From: Okamejei kenojei
Lineage: Eukaryota
Assembly: GCA_035221665.1 (NCBI GenBank)
Contig: CM069164.1
Location: 16,058,001-16,122,000, forward strand
Length of the DNA stretch: 64,000 bases
Direction: 5' to 3'
The position numbers were made by a program, and so were the translations under genes. Position 1 is the first letter of the stretch, and every line of letters begins with the position of its first letter. The notes beneath the pieces are model-generated. The model ran no database searches, was not told the origin of the DNA, and worked only from the letters and a program-made list of their open reading frames with translations. Shown piece by piece: positions 1-12,740 of the stretch.

Positions 1-407
1 CTGGGGAGGGACCAATGTGCGCATGCACGGTTACAAGATTAAAAAAAGCCGACTGACAGCTCACCGGGGAGAGAATAATCTGCGCATGCGCGGTTTTCAA
101 GATTTTTAAAAGCCACTGCCTACCCTGGCTGATTACTCACGGCACGTGCCTGGTAAGAACCGAATTGGTGAAAAAATAACTTAACCTGAATATCTTTGTA
201 AATAGAGAGTTTGGCAATTGGTGTAGTATTTCGTTTGGAATGTGGGTGTCACTGTTCCTACTCGCTTGTTCCTACTTGCCTTTGAGAAGTCCACCTTCGC
301 AAACCGTTGCACTTCTCATGAAAATATTGCCACAATGCTTTTGGGGAGGCAATGTCATAATTTAGTCACGATGAAGGACTGTTATTTAGCCTTTCCATCC
401 TTTGGTC

Positions 408-789
408 ACATAGAAACATAGGTGCAGGTGTAGGCCATTCGGCCCTTCGAGCCATTCAATATAATCATGGCTGATCATCTAAAATCAGTACCCCGTTCCT
501 CCTTTTTCCCCCATATCCCATGATTCCTTTTGCCCTAAGACCTAAATCTAACTCTCTTGAAAACATCCAGTGAATTGGCCTCCACTGCCTTCTGTGGCAG
601 AGAATTCCACAGATTCATAACTCTCTGGGTGAAGAAATGTTTCCTCATCTCAGTCCTAAATGGCCTACCCCTTATTCTTAAACTGTGACCTCTGGTTCTG
701 GGCTCCCACAACATTGGGAACATTTTTCCTGCATCTAATCTGTTCGATCCTTTAAGAATTTTATACGTTTCTATAAGATCCCCTCTCAT
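408..789 (-). mobile_element. CR1-clade LINE 3' fragment (HER1-like)
   Basis: ORF 535-894 carries the CR1 ORF2 C-terminal motif RGDLIETYKILKG...RTRGHSL...FFTQRV.NLWNSLP; catagaaacatag tail. Confidence 0.9.
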
Positions 790-1147
790 GAAGATGAAGG
801 ACTGTTGATGCTGTATCTCTCCAGATGAGGAGGGTGTGCAACTTGGGGAAGAAGATCTCAAGTGGTGGTGCTCTGGTGTTAATTTCTGATGCATTAAACC
901 AGCAGAAATGTAGTTTGTAAACTGGATGGGACAGTAGCTGACATCAGTGATGTGTGGGGTTGGGAATGGTGATGATCACAGTGTCAGATACCAGAGCACT
1001 ACTGGAAGAGTACAAGGTGGAAGGGGGGGGGGGGGGGGTGGTTTGTTTAAAGATGTGAAGTAACTTTGCAGAACTTTCATTTGAAATATAATGCTTTATT
1101 TGTGATAATTGTAAAAAAAATGTTTTTTTGTCTTGCATTGTTTGCAG

Positions 1148-1303
1148 TGTCTGAGAGTGAAAGTGCAAAGGGCAGTGGAGACTGTCTGCCCCATTTCGAA
1201 TTTGAAGGGCCCAGAAGTAACTTGAAAACTGTATCCAGCATTGTAAAGATGAATTGCAGCTTTGAGACAGCTCAGCCAAACCAAAATACTGAGGAAAGTA
1301 ATG
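1148..1303 (+). CDS. DENND4A: DENND4A internal coding exon (first in window; gene begins upstream)
   Basis: tttgcag acceptor, gtgtgt donor, 156 nt, phase 1/1; encodes VSESESAKGSGDCLP, resembling vertebrate DENND4A VSESESTKGSADCLP. Confidence 0.85.
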
Positions 1304-2100
1304 GTGTGTAATCCATTTCATATCTAGGAGATCAATTTAAAAGTACTTCATTCTCTGCTGCACTTGTAATGTTTGATGATTTCAGTAACTCCTGTACATC
1401 TATAAGTTGAAAGATTTAACTGTTCTAAAAAGGTTTTAACGTAGAATTGTTGCAGCTGTCTGCAAGGCAAATGCAATCAATCATTCCCTGATTTTTTTCC
1501 CATTGGGTATTTATCCCTCGAGTATCTTTTTAATCTCTTTCCTAGTTCCTAAATTCTGACTATAAGATTGAATCCTCCTTTCTGCCTATGCTCTTCAGTC
1601 TGCAACCACTCAGTTCCATCCTTGACTCCGGCACCAGGCACACAGCTCACCATCCTGGATTCATGTCTGTGGCAACACACATACAGACACTCACTCACAT
1701 GCAACACACTCTGCTCTGGCTGTGTTGCCCAAAGTTAACTGTGACTGTCAGGTAAAACAAGATGTGCTCCGGTACGGCTGCATGGCCAGCCTGATCTGCT
1801 TTGATTGTCTGACTATCCTTCACCCCCCCCAAACCCTCTGTTGGTGTCCACTTAAACCGGAGTGATTACCTCCTGAAACATGCCGCTTGCATTGATTTCA
1901 GCCACAAACAGGATTCTGGTATCGGCAGATGCAAAATATCTGGAATTTGAGCCTTGCAACAGGCAACAGTTCTTCTGTGTGTAGTCATGCAGATTGTGGG
2001 AAGCATCCTGGATTATCTGCGTGGCACAATGTGCACTTTCAATGGCACTAAGTAAAGTATTAACTATTCTGGGTGTATGTATCTATGTATATGTGTTGAA

Positions 2101-2316
2101 ATAGAAACATAGAAAATAGGTGCAGTAGTAGGTCATTTGGCCCTTCAAGCTTGCACTGCCATTCAATATGATCATGGCTGATCATCCAGAATCAGTACCC
2201 TGTTCCTGCTTTTCCCCCATATCCCTTGATTCCATTAGCCCTAAGAGCTCTCTTGAATACATCCAGTGAATTGGCCCCCACTGCCTTCTGTGGCAGAGAA
2301 TTCCACAGATTCACTG
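2101..2316 (-). mobile_element. CR1 LINE 3' UTR fragment
   Basis: Closely similar to 408-620. Confidence 0.85.
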
Positions 2317-2491
2317 ATAAGGTGCATGGGTAACAATATGTTTTCTTTGTTACCAACTTTGTTTTCAGAGATTATGAAAACCTGTTACTATATTGATTAT
2401 ATTTCAGCTATATTTCAACTTTTAATTCATAAATATAGTATGCTGCCTCTCACCTTTGTGCAATGTTTATGGAGACTAATATACAGTGCTA

Positions 2492-3137
2492 AGATAGACA
2501 ATAGTGCAGGAGTATGCCATTTGGCCTTTCGAGCCAGCACTGTCATTCAATGTTATCATGGCTGATCATCCCCAATCCCCGTTCCTGCCTTCTCCCCATA
2601 TCCCCTGACTCCGCTATTTTTAAGAGCCGTATCTAGCTCTCTTGAAAGTATCCAGAGAACTGACCTCCACCGCCCTCTGAGGCAGAAAATTCCACAGACT
2701 AGATTAAAATGTCTTTTATTGTCATTCAAACAGCGGGAGAAGTTGCCGTTGCGGGAGCTCCAAAAAGCGGCCTCCCACCAGGGACCTGCGAGCTCCCGAT
2801 GTTAACGTCCACCAGGCCTGCAGTCGGAGACTCACAACTCTCTGTGTGAAAAAGTGTTTCCTCATCTCCCTTTGAAATGGCTTGTCCTTTATTCTTAAAC
2901 TGTGGCCCCTGGTTCTGGACTCCCCCAACATCGGGAACATGTTTCCTGCTTCTAGCGTGTCCAAACCCTTAATAATCTTATATGTTTCAATGAGATCCCC
3001 TCTCGTCCTTCTAAATTCCAGAGTATACAAGCCTAGCCGCTCCATTCTCTCAGCATATGACAGTCCCGCCATCCCAGGATTTAACCTTGTAAACCTATGC
3101 TGCACTCTCTCAATAACAAGAATGTCTTTCCTCAAAT
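2492..3137 (-). mobile_element. CR1 LINE 3' fragment interrupted by a short insertion (about 2701-2828)
   Basis: ORF 2722-3240 RKDILVIERVQHRFTRL.PGMAGLSYAERMERLGLYTLE. Confidence 0.9.
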
Positions 3138-3415
3138 TAGACACAAAAAGCTGGAGTAACTCAGCAGGACAGGCAGCATCTCTGGAGAGAAGGAATAGGT
3201 GACGTTTCAGATCGAGACCTTTCTTCAATGGGAAAGGCAATTAAGTGTTTAGGAACCGGGAGATGAGATCGGTCCAGGCGGACTGAGCGAAGAAGTTCAG
3301 CAAAACGATCGCCCAGTCTATGTTTGGTCTTGCCGATGTATAAGAGTCCACATCTTGAAAACGGATATAATAGATGAGGTTGGAGGTTGGAGTCTTCATC
3401 CACTGGCATCTCCTC
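3138..3415 (-). mobile_element. Penelope-like element relic (GIY-YIG fragment plus pLTR end)
   Basis: SNLIY...SRCGLLYIGKTKHRLGDRFAE.LRSV, then ttgaagaaaggtctcgatctgaaacgtcacc and the gatgctgcctgtcc tail. Confidence 0.85.
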
Positions 3416-3954
3416 CTAACAAATCTACTGTATCCATTTTTTAAGATGGTCTTCATGGTTTAGGGAAGAGCTGTCTGAATAGCATAGACAAATAACTGCA
3501 GTGCAATCTGTGCTTGCGATGAAGGAAGGAATGATTAGGATGGTGGAAAAATTGCCAGTCTGCACTGAGAGCTCCTTGAGTTGCTTGAGCTGCATCCAGA
3601 CAGGTGAGGAGCTTTCCCTCATACTGCAAATGTGCTGTTAATGGTGGGAATATTTTGGAATATCAGCAAATGAGTTAGTCGCCACAGGATATGCAGTCTC
3701 TGGCTTACTTTTAGAATCTGTATTAATGTGCCTATTCCATGAAATTTCCCATCATTTTATCTCTCTACCCCACTCGGGTCCTAACCCCCTTTTCAACAAG
3801 TCAAACATAATCTGTACAGAGAGAAGCAGAATATATTTGGTAAAGGGCATGACCTAAAACCTCTACTCTATTTCTGTCGTCATAGCTGCTGCCTCACCTT
3901 CTGAGAGTTTCCAACATTTTCTGTTCTTATTTTTAACTATATTATTAGACATTT

Positions 3955-4240
3955 GGGGTGGCACAGTGGCACACCTATGGAGTTGCTTCCTTACAGACCC
4001 AGGTTCGGTCCTGCTGTCTATACGGAGTTTGTACGTTCTCCCTGTCCACAGGGGTTTTCTCCAGATGTTCTGGTTACACGCACCAAAGCAATATAGGTTT
4101 GAAGGCTAATTGGCTTTGGTAAAAAATTGTTAATTGTCCCTAGTGTGTAGGATGGTGCTAGTGTACGCTGGTCGGCACAGACTCAGTGAGCTGAAGGGCC
4201 TGTGAACAAGCTATATCTCGAAAGTCTAAAGTAAAGTCTG
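3955..4240 (+). mobile_element. tRNA-derived V-SINE (HE1-like)
   Basis: tRNA-like head (ggcacagtgg...ggttcg), V-domain ggagtttgtacgttctccc, CR1-like tail gaagggcctgt, taaag repeats. Confidence 0.75.
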
Positions 4241-4311
4241 AATATATGAAATAGAACAAAATACGTTTCTACTACTAATCAAAACTGAAAATATTTGGTA
4301 TTTGTTCACAG

Positions 4312-5462
4312 GAAATGCTGCAGAAATGCCATTTACAACATCCTTCAATAAAGCCACATATCCTGATCCTGGGCTAGTCCACAGCAGCAGCTTGCGCAAG
4401 AGGCATAAAAGTGCTGTGGAGCCAAGCTTAAAGGAACAGATGGTATGGGGAGGAAGGAACCGCAACCTTAGTGGTGATGTTTTTGCAGGGCTTATGTTGC
4501 ACAGAAGAAGCGTGGACAATGACCTCAGGGAGATTACAGATAAATTGGGTGCTGATGCTAAAATCTTATCAACAGCTTTACAATTGGCCACAAGGCCAAA
4601 CACATTACAAATTGGCAAACCCAGGCACATGCTTCAACAGGAAAGCTTAATCCAAGAAAAGGAACTGAGTGATGAAGATGCTCCATTTGAATTGGATGAA
4701 GCATCAACTAATATGGAGGATAAAACAGATTCTCCTGCCATCTTTGATTTGGAAGACCTGGACAATGATCTTGATAATGCAAAGTCTCAAGGAAAATCTA
4801 ATCAACACCGAAGGCAGCCACCCAAACAATTGCAAAGGAGTTTAAGTGCAGGAGCAGGGATCAAACCAGCAGAAAGAAAGGGAGTTCAAAGAGGCTATGA
4901 CCCCCTTTCTATTCTGGTTGCAGAAACTGATCAAGTCGAAGATGAAGACTATGATAAATGTCTCTCCACTCCTTTAGCCCGTCGAAACTTGGCTGAAGAA
5001 ATAGAGATGTACATGGACTCCATGAATAGTCCTTTGTCAAGTCGCACACCTAGCATGGATTTCTCAAAGCCCGAGGAAGAAAGCAGTGCATCATTTATCA
5101 CCAAAGTTATGCCTGCAGTAAAAGGATCAAGGAGATCCAGCCTTCCGTCAGGCTCACCCAGATCAGCAGGACTTTCACGCTCCAGAACATTTCAACCACA
5201 AGCAAATGTCAAACGAAGAGACAGACTATGGTCCTCACCATCATATTCTCCAAGTAGCAACAGAGGAGTTGGAGGTCGAGAGACAGGTAGAGCTTTGACC
5301 CTCATGTCTCCACCTCCATTTAAATTGGACTCGTTACTGCCACCCACCTTTGATGTTTTAAAGCACAGTATGTTCTCAGCTGGGAAGGGAGTGGCAGAAA
5401 AGGCAAACAAGTGGTACACCAAGCTGGCAACATATGCTGTACCTATCAAGGAAAATGGCAAG
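4312..5462 (+). CDS. DENND4A: DENND4A large internal exon
   Basis: Core of ORF 4302-5516; ttcacag acceptor, aag|gtagga donor; motifs RKRHKS, NRNLSG, LGADAKIL, IFDLEDLD, YDPLS, LAEEIEMYM, SMFSAGKGVAEKA. Confidence 0.95.
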
Positions 5463-6071
5463 GTAGGAAACGTTTTAATGGTAGAAGCAATTGTTCTTGT
5501 TTCCTTGAATAAATAGCAAAACTCTTTAAAAGAGCCAGTGCAGGCACAATGAACCACATTCACTCCATCTGTGCTTTATGGCTCTGAGATTTGCACTAAG
5601 ATTTTGCAACTGCATTATTGTCTCAAGCCATAACTTGTTTGCTGTATTAGTTGTCTTTTTAAAAGCTTCTTAATCACGAAGAATGAGTTGAAAAGGAGCT
5701 TCTGTTGTGGTCTAATATATAGAATACAGTAAATTATTTAAAAATGCTGGAAAAACTCAGCAGGTCAGACAGCATCTGTGAAGAGAAAACCAGTTAACGT
5801 TTCAGCTTAAAGACCATTCATTAAAACTGAGAAAGAATCCTAGTTCTGAGGAAGAGTCTGCAACCTGAAAAATTAACTCTAGTTTCTCTCTCCACAGCCA
5901 GACTCGCTGAGCGTTTGCAATATTTGTTTTCAACTTTGTATCTCCAATTCTTTGATTATCAAATGCAGGTTTTTTTTCTGTATGCAAATACATTCCAGTA
6001 AGTGTTCTCCATGGGAGGAATGCACAATCTCTAATATGTACAAACTTAATTTGCTTTCAATTTATTTTTAG

Positions 6072-6288
6072 GGATATTATTCAGAGAGGGATAATGCCAC
6101 CTTTGCAGGAGAGCAGGATCCAGAAGCATCATCCTTGGATGAAGAGTGCATTGAAGATTCAGACAGATTAGCCTCCAACCAAGCTGGGAGCATGCCTGCA
6201 GGCGAGACCAAAGGATGGGGTGTGAGACAAGCTAGTATGGACAGCTCTGGAAATCACGATGGAACTCCTAGGCAACAATTACAAATTG
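6072..6288 (+). CDS. DENND4A: DENND4A coding exon
   Basis: tttttag acceptor, gtaggt donor, 217 nt phase 0/1, stop-free (GYYSERDNATFAGEQDPEASSLDEEC...); phases fit both neighbours. Confidence 0.85.
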
Positions 6289-6929
6289 GTAGGTAAAGTC
6301 TGGGGTGAAGACTTGGTCAAAGAAATGTCTGCGGAAGAAGAGTTCACCATCATGTCAGCTGTGACTTTGTTTAGATGGGAACAGATGCAGACTGAGGCCT
6401 CTGCTGAAGAATAATCAGGGTGTTTAATCTGAAATGCAATTTCTGCTTCTCAGCCACAGATGTTACATAATCTACTGAATGTTTTCTGCATTTTCTATTC
6501 TGATTTCTGATTTCCAACATCTTTTTTTTTTTTTTCAGGTAAAATCTGGGTATACTCTGCCAAGTAAAAATCTCAAAATATTTAAACTGGCATTTCAAGC
6601 TGGCATTACCATAACCATGCGATACAAAATGCAAATTGATTATTAGTGGATTGTAACAAATGATGCTACATATTAAATCTGATAGGGCAATTCCGAATTT
6701 TGATTCTCTATCATGTTAAATAAATTCAGCAGTTTCATGAGTGAAATGGCAATCTAAATTGCTAATGAAACTCTGTTTTTATATAAGAAATGAAAAGTAT
6801 ACAAATGAGTACCAGCTGCTGATGTATTCAACGGCATTGTTTAAATTTGTGCCACTGACAAGCGGCCTAAAGTAGTTAGACTGTAGAATGCCGACAAATC
6901 CTTTAATGATCTGTTCTGAAATGGTCTCG

Positions 6930-7470
6930 AGAGTCATACAATGCACTCGTCAATGCCAACCACAGTGCCCATCTAAGCCAGTCCCATTGTATATATTTGA
7001 CCTGTGTCCCTCTCAACCTTTTCGATCCATGTACCTCTCCTAATGTCATTTAATTATTTTCTCGCCTCAGTCAATTTCAGCTCGTTCCAAATACATACCA
7101 TACTTTGTGTGAAAAGGGTGTCCCTCAGGTTCCTTTAAATCTATCCCCTCTCGCTTCAAGCCTATTCCCTCTCGTTTTTGATTTGCCAACCCTTGGAAAA
7201 AAGCTATATGCATCACTATATCTATGCACCTCGTAATTTTGTATACCTCTATATGATTGCCCCTCAGTCCCCAATCCTCAACAAAAATAAACAACATGCC
7301 TGCCCAACCTCTCCCTATAACCCTCCCTCAAGTCCTGGCAACATCCTCATAACATTTATCTGTGCTACATCCAGCTTAATGGCATCTTTCCTATAGCAGG
7401 GTGACCAAAATTGAACGTAATTTTCCAAGTATGACCTCACTAATATCAATTGTACAACTGTAACATGCAA
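6930..7470 (-). mobile_element. Degenerate CR1 LINE 3' fragment
   Basis: LRGNHIEVYKI... ORF2 remnant and CR1-type tail. Confidence 0.75.
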
Positions 7471-7563
7471 ATTGGGTGATTGTTCCTTTAAAAACGTGGG
7501 TCTCCGTGTAAAAAAATATGATGATTAATTTATAATTCTATTTCTGATTCTGTTTGTGTTCAG

Positions 7564-7670
7564 GCAGTGCTCAGTCAGCAAGTTCCAACTTTCCTTTGCC
7601 AGACAAATCAGATGTTGGGTCTTCTCGATATACAAGCAGCACCAGCATCTTCCAGAACTATGCCATGGAG
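7564..7670 (+). CDS. DENND4A: DENND4A coding exon
   Basis: ttcag acceptor, gag|gtaacc donor; ends ...[10 protein letters not shown]. Confidence 0.92.
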
Positions 7671-7809
7671 GTAACCTGAGCTTGCCATGCAGTTGTCTCA
7701 TGTATTGTCACTTCTGTTTAAAAGCAAATGTAGCTTGTGCTTATAGAAGAGTGACTTGGGTTTACCCACACAGTAAACTTAAGCTATACGGTTGCTTGCG
7801 TTCATTGGT

Positions 7810-8390
7810 CAAGGCATTGTGTATTAGATGTTAATCATGTTGTAGCTTTATTAAACTTTGGTTAATTGTGTTTAGAGTATTCTGGTTGCCCCATTAAAGG
7901 AAGGATGCAGCTGCTTTGAAGAGGTTGCAGAAGAAATTTACCAGAAAGTTGCTTGGATTAGAGGGTATTAAGTAGAAGGAGCTGATGAACAAACTTGTAT
8001 TGTTTTCTATGGTATCGGAGGTGAGGAGAGATTTGATGGAGTATATAAAATCATGAGATGCAAAGATAGGGCAGCTAGTCAAAATGTTTTTCCAGGGTAG
8101 AAATGTTAAAAGCCCAGAGGCCATTGTTTGAAGGACAGAGGGAAAGTTTAAAGGAGATGTGCAGGGCAACATTTTTACACAAACTGGTGGGTGCCTGGAA
8201 TGTGCTGCCAGTGGTGGTGGAAGCACTGGGATAGTGGCGTTTAAGAGGCTTTTAGAGAGGTAAATGGATATATAAGGGAATCGAGGGATATGGATCATGT
8301 GCAGGCATGGCACATTAACTTGGCATCATGTTTGGCGCAGACATTGTGGGTTGAAAGGCCTGTTCATGTGCTGTATTGTTCCATGTTCTA
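7810..8390 (+). mobile_element. Degenerate CR1 LINE 3' fragment
   Basis: aggaaggatg...gaggttgcagaagaaatttaccaga ORF2 remnant through an aaggcctgtt...atgttcta tail. Confidence 0.75.
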
Positions 8391-9593
8391 TCAGAGTGCA
8401 AGTGTGTTGAAAGAGAGTATAACACTATCACAAAATATTTCAGTGCCGATGAGGAGCAGTTTAAAATGTGGATTTGGACAGGCTTTCCAAAATGGGGAGA
8501 ATATAAACAAAGCATAAGGGAGTTCAAAGAGCAGGACCCAAGAGACTGAAATCTCTGGCATTGAGAGGGTCAGCGGGAATGAGGGAACTACTGGAGACCT
8601 AGTTTGAGTGAACCAGCACATTGAACTAGAGTAGTTCCACAGGTGGCATGGCCCAAGGATGTAGAGACATTTAGAAGGATTTTAAACTCGGAAGATTGGC
8701 AATGATGGGTGAGAGGCAAGCGCACCCTGTCTGTGCTTTGGAAGTTGATGAGAACAGTATTGAAGAAGCCGAGTCTTTTAAGGTGGTCAAGGCGCTGAAA
8801 GGCTTAGATGGGAGAAGGAATCGCGTTTTCTTTTCATGCATTTTGGGAAGTCAGCAATACTGGCATGGCCAGCTTTTATTGCCCATCCCTAGTTGCCCTT
8901 GAGACAGTGGTAATCCCCCTGTGGTGACGAAGGATGGGAGATTTATTTCCAGGTTTGCACAATTGAAGGGAGCCTTTTTGTTTTTAGATGCTGAGGGTTT
9001 GAGAATTTCTTTTGTAATCAGGGTGAACAACTGCAGTGCATTTTGTAAGTGGTATATAGCCATTGATGGAGGAAATGAACTTTTAGAGTGGTTGGTGGAG
9101 TGCCAATCAATGGGTTGTTTTCTTCGATGGTGTAAAGCTTCTTGGAGTTGTTCATGTCACACTCCTCTAGAAGTCAAGTGAAGAGTATTCCATCACATTC
9201 CTAAAATGTCCATATACATGGTGGAAGGCCTTTGGGAGTGAGTCATTCACTGCCTCTGACCTGCTGTTATATTAATACCACAATATTCATGTGGCTATTA
9301 CTGTGGAAATGTTGATCAGTGGTGACCCCCAAGATATTAGTTCAATGATCCAATTGTACTTTATTGTCATATGTACCTAGGCACAGTGAAATTCTTGTTT
9401 CACATGCAATCCGGTAAAATCAGACTATAGATAAGTACAAATGCGTAATGATGTAGTGTATTTGTAGGTAATATACAAATAGTCACCACGTTTCTGGCAC
9501 CAACTTGTGCCCTTCAAGTTTCAAAGTTGTTAATAGTACAGAGTCTTATCTTAAAGACCCATTGCCCTGAGTGCTGCTTGTTCATATTTCCAG

Positions 9594-9769
9594 ATTCTTA
9601 TCTCCAGCTGTTCCCGATGTCGAACTTGTGACTCATTGGTATACGATGAAGAAATAATGGCTGGCTGGACTGCAGATGACTCTAACCTCAACACAAAATG
9701 TCCGTTCTGTGGCAACTTGTTCCTTCCTTTCCTGGGAATTGAAATCAAAGATCTGCGAGGACCGGGCAG
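9594..9769 (+). CDS. DENND4A: DENND4A coding exon (Cys-rich segment)
   Basis: [47 protein letters not shown]; ttccag / gtaatt boundaries. Confidence 0.96.
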
Positions 9770-10080
9770 GTAATTTATTTCTGATGCCTCATGTAGAATA
9801 CAAGTGAATTTATGCTTTATTGTGTTTGAGTGAAGATTGGTAATGTGAGTGCGTGGCCTCAAAGAGTGCATGCTTCAGTCTAGTGTGTTTCTTTTGAAAG
9901 CTTATTTGTTGAACGGAGTCAAAGAAACAACTTAACGGTGACAATCGAAACAAACTGCCCACCTTCAGCTTTTTGTTTTGGGCTTTCTTCCCATGTCATT
10001 TTGCTCATTAGTAACTGATCATTTTCTAGAATTTAATTAATCAAATAAAGTACACTATTGTTCTTTTTTAATTTTATTAG

Positions 10081-10251
10081 ATATTTTCTGAAATCCACTG
10101 CATCTGCAGAAAATGTACAGAATTTGCAGTCAATGCAGTCTTGCCGAAGAGTTAAGAACTTTGCGGTCTCCCCACCTCGCCTGGATATGAACGATGACAA
10201 CAAGCCTCACTCTCCAAGAATTACAGTGCAGGAAGTTCCAGACATGCAAGG
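10081..10251 (+). CDS. DENND4A: DENND4A coding exon
   Basis: ttattag acceptor, gtaaat donor, phase 2/2; (R)YFLKSTASAEN... Confidence 0.88.
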
Positions 10252-11209
10252 GTAAATGTCAGCCTCTTGGCAAAACTCATCTTGTTCCTTCATCCTTATC
10301 AAACCTACAACTCGGCTGTTTGGTTTTATGGTTGTAAGTTAGGGATCTGTGGATTTGTGTCACCATATTTCAACAAATGCTCTTCAGTTGTGCAGAATCA
10401 AACACAATAATTGTGAATCTCTTCTGCACCCTATCTCAAACCCTCCCATCTTTCCTAGAATATGGCAAACATAGCTGAGGGCAATTATGCAGTAATGGCC
10501 AAAGCAATGTTTTATGAACTTCCACCAGGACTGCCTTGTCCTTGTGCTTATTGCCCTTATTTATCAAACCCAGGATCGTATATGCTTTTTAACCACTTTC
10601 TTGAACGGCTATCATGTCATTATCTTATTGTTGTTAGAGGGAGCTTGCTGTACAGAAATGAATTACAATTTGTCTTGTATTACAACAATGATTATACTGG
10701 AAAAGTTCCTTGCTGCCTGTAATACACTTTGAGACATCCCAAAGATGAGGAATGCTTTTAATTCAGAAGTTTTAAAAAGCTACATAACCTTTCCATGACA
10801 AAGAATGTCAATTCTCAACTTGTACTATGATGCCACACTCACGCTTTTAATTGTTGTACCACTCACCTCTGGACACTGAATAAGGAGTCATGTGCTCTCT
10901 CAGTCTCGACTTCTAGATTAAACTTCTCTGTCCTGAGATACATGATAGTTCTGAGTACTTTGCTAAAATACTTAATTTGTTCAGCCGTGCACCCTATTCT
11001 GACCTACCTGACTATATTTCTGAAGTATTATAGCAAAGATTGATGTAGAGCATTGTTTGCATATTTTCCCTACCTGAGTTAGTCATTGCATTGCAATAAA
11101 TGTGAGACTACTTGTGGGAGGAAGGTCTGGCCAATTGTCAGAGAGCTTTGGAGACCTAGATTCCCAAGCTCATACATTTGTGTCAGTGTTTGTGTTCATT
11201 GCACATATG

Positions 11210-11890
11210 TCTCAAATACATAATTTTCTGAAAGTGGCAACACAAATCTACAGGGTGGTGAAGAAACCGTTGGCATGCTGGTCTTCATCAATCAAGGCAT
11301 TGAATACTAGTTGAGATGTCATGCTCAACTCTACAAGATGTTGGTGAGACCATACCTGGAGTATGTTGTACATTCCTGGTCACCCAGCTACAGGGAGGAT
11401 GTCATTTAGCTGGAAACTGTGCAGAGAAGATTCACAATTATGTTGCCAGGATGGAGGGCTTGTGTTTCAAGGAAAGATTGGATAGGTTGGGATTTTATTC
11501 CCTAGTGTAAAGGAGACTGAGGGGTAACCTTATTGAGGTATATTAAATTATGAAGCTTTAGATAAGATGAATGATCAGTCTTTTTCTCGGGGTATGAGAA
11601 TCTAAACCTAGAGGACGTAAATTTATAATGAGAGGGGAAAAGTTTAAAGGGGACCCAAGGGGCAAGTTTTCTACATAGACGGTATATCCTTATGCCACTT
11701 TGAGAACAAGCTGCCAGAGAAAGTGGTAGAGATGGCTACAATTATAATGTTTAAAAGACATTTGGACAGGTACATGATTTGGAAACTTTTAGACAGAAAT
11801 CGGCTTGATGCAGGTAAATGGTTCTAGCTGAAGTAACTTAGTTGGTGTGGCCGAAAGGCCTGTATCCCTAATTAATAACTTTGACTCTAG
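11210..11890 (+). mobile_element. Degenerate CR1 LINE 3' fragment
   Basis: LYKMLVRPYLEY-like and ERLDRLG-like remnants; gccgaaaggcctgt tail. Confidence 0.75.
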
Positions 11891-11958
11891 TACTAATCAG
11901 GATTTCATTATAAGAATTGAAGTGGGCAATTTATCCATCAATATCTATTTCTTGTCAG

Positions 11959-12157
11959 TTGTGTCCAGCCTTCTTCACCAAGAAGCATTCAGATTCCTTC
12001 AGATCGATGGCGTGGGATCAGTGAGTCCTTTCCTTTGGGCCAGCCGATAGCAAGAAGCATCAGTGGATACAGCTGCATGGCTGAGGAGTCTGGTCCCTGG
12101 CGACATGTTCACACTGTTCCAACAGGCAGCTTGCCCACCAATCTGAATGATTCAAAG
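11959..12157 (+). CDS. DENND4A: DENND4A coding exon
   Basis: tgtcag acceptor, aag|gtatct donor; RSIQIP...ARSIS...TGSLP. Confidence 0.9.
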
Positions 12158-12485
12158 GTATCTGGAGTAATGTCATGTCATTTTGGAAACTTTGGAGATT
12201 TAAAAACTACATATTGGAATAATGCATGATTATGGCTGTAGACAGAGTTAAAGATATGGAGCAGGATCAGTAATGGGCAAGTAGCATCTATAGGGGGTGC
12301 TTTTTATTCAAATAATTTCATGTTTGTCACTTACTATAAATTTAAAGCCAGTCAGAAAAAAAAATGTTTAATGGATCTGTTCAAATTTCTTGATGAGTTT
12401 TTCAGAATGTTTAATTTTCCAGCAGAATGATTTTCTGAAGGGACTGGCATGGAATAAATTTCAACACCACTGTTCATTTTTCAAG

Positions 12486-12740
12486 GATCCATTGGACCTG
12501 GAATGGCAGTTAACCCATCCTGACCCTATAACAGTCCCATACTTGAGCCCCTTAGTGTTGTGGAAAGAGCTGGAAAGTTTGCTCGAGAATGAAGGTGATC
12601 AAGTGATATCCATGGCATCATTTGTGGATCAGCATCCAATAGTATTCTGGAATTTGGTGTGGTATTTCCGTCGGATTGATCTGCCCACCAACTTGCCTGG
12701 ACTTGTGCTAACTTCAGAACACTGCAACAAAGGTGTGACG
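12486..12740 (+). CDS. DENND4A: DENND4A coding exon
   Basis: [37 protein letters not shown]...[10 protein letters not shown]; 255 nt; gtaagc donor. Confidence 0.96.

Noticed and set aside
1-130. Repeated GCGCATGC (NRF1-like) motifs
   Set aside because: Intronic, truncated by the window edge and within a short duplicated, repeat-like segment; no promoter context.
6289-6298. Tandem donor gtag|gtaaag 4 nt downstream of the DENND4A exon end
   Set aside because: Would shift the frame; such tandem donors are common and there is no evidence of use.
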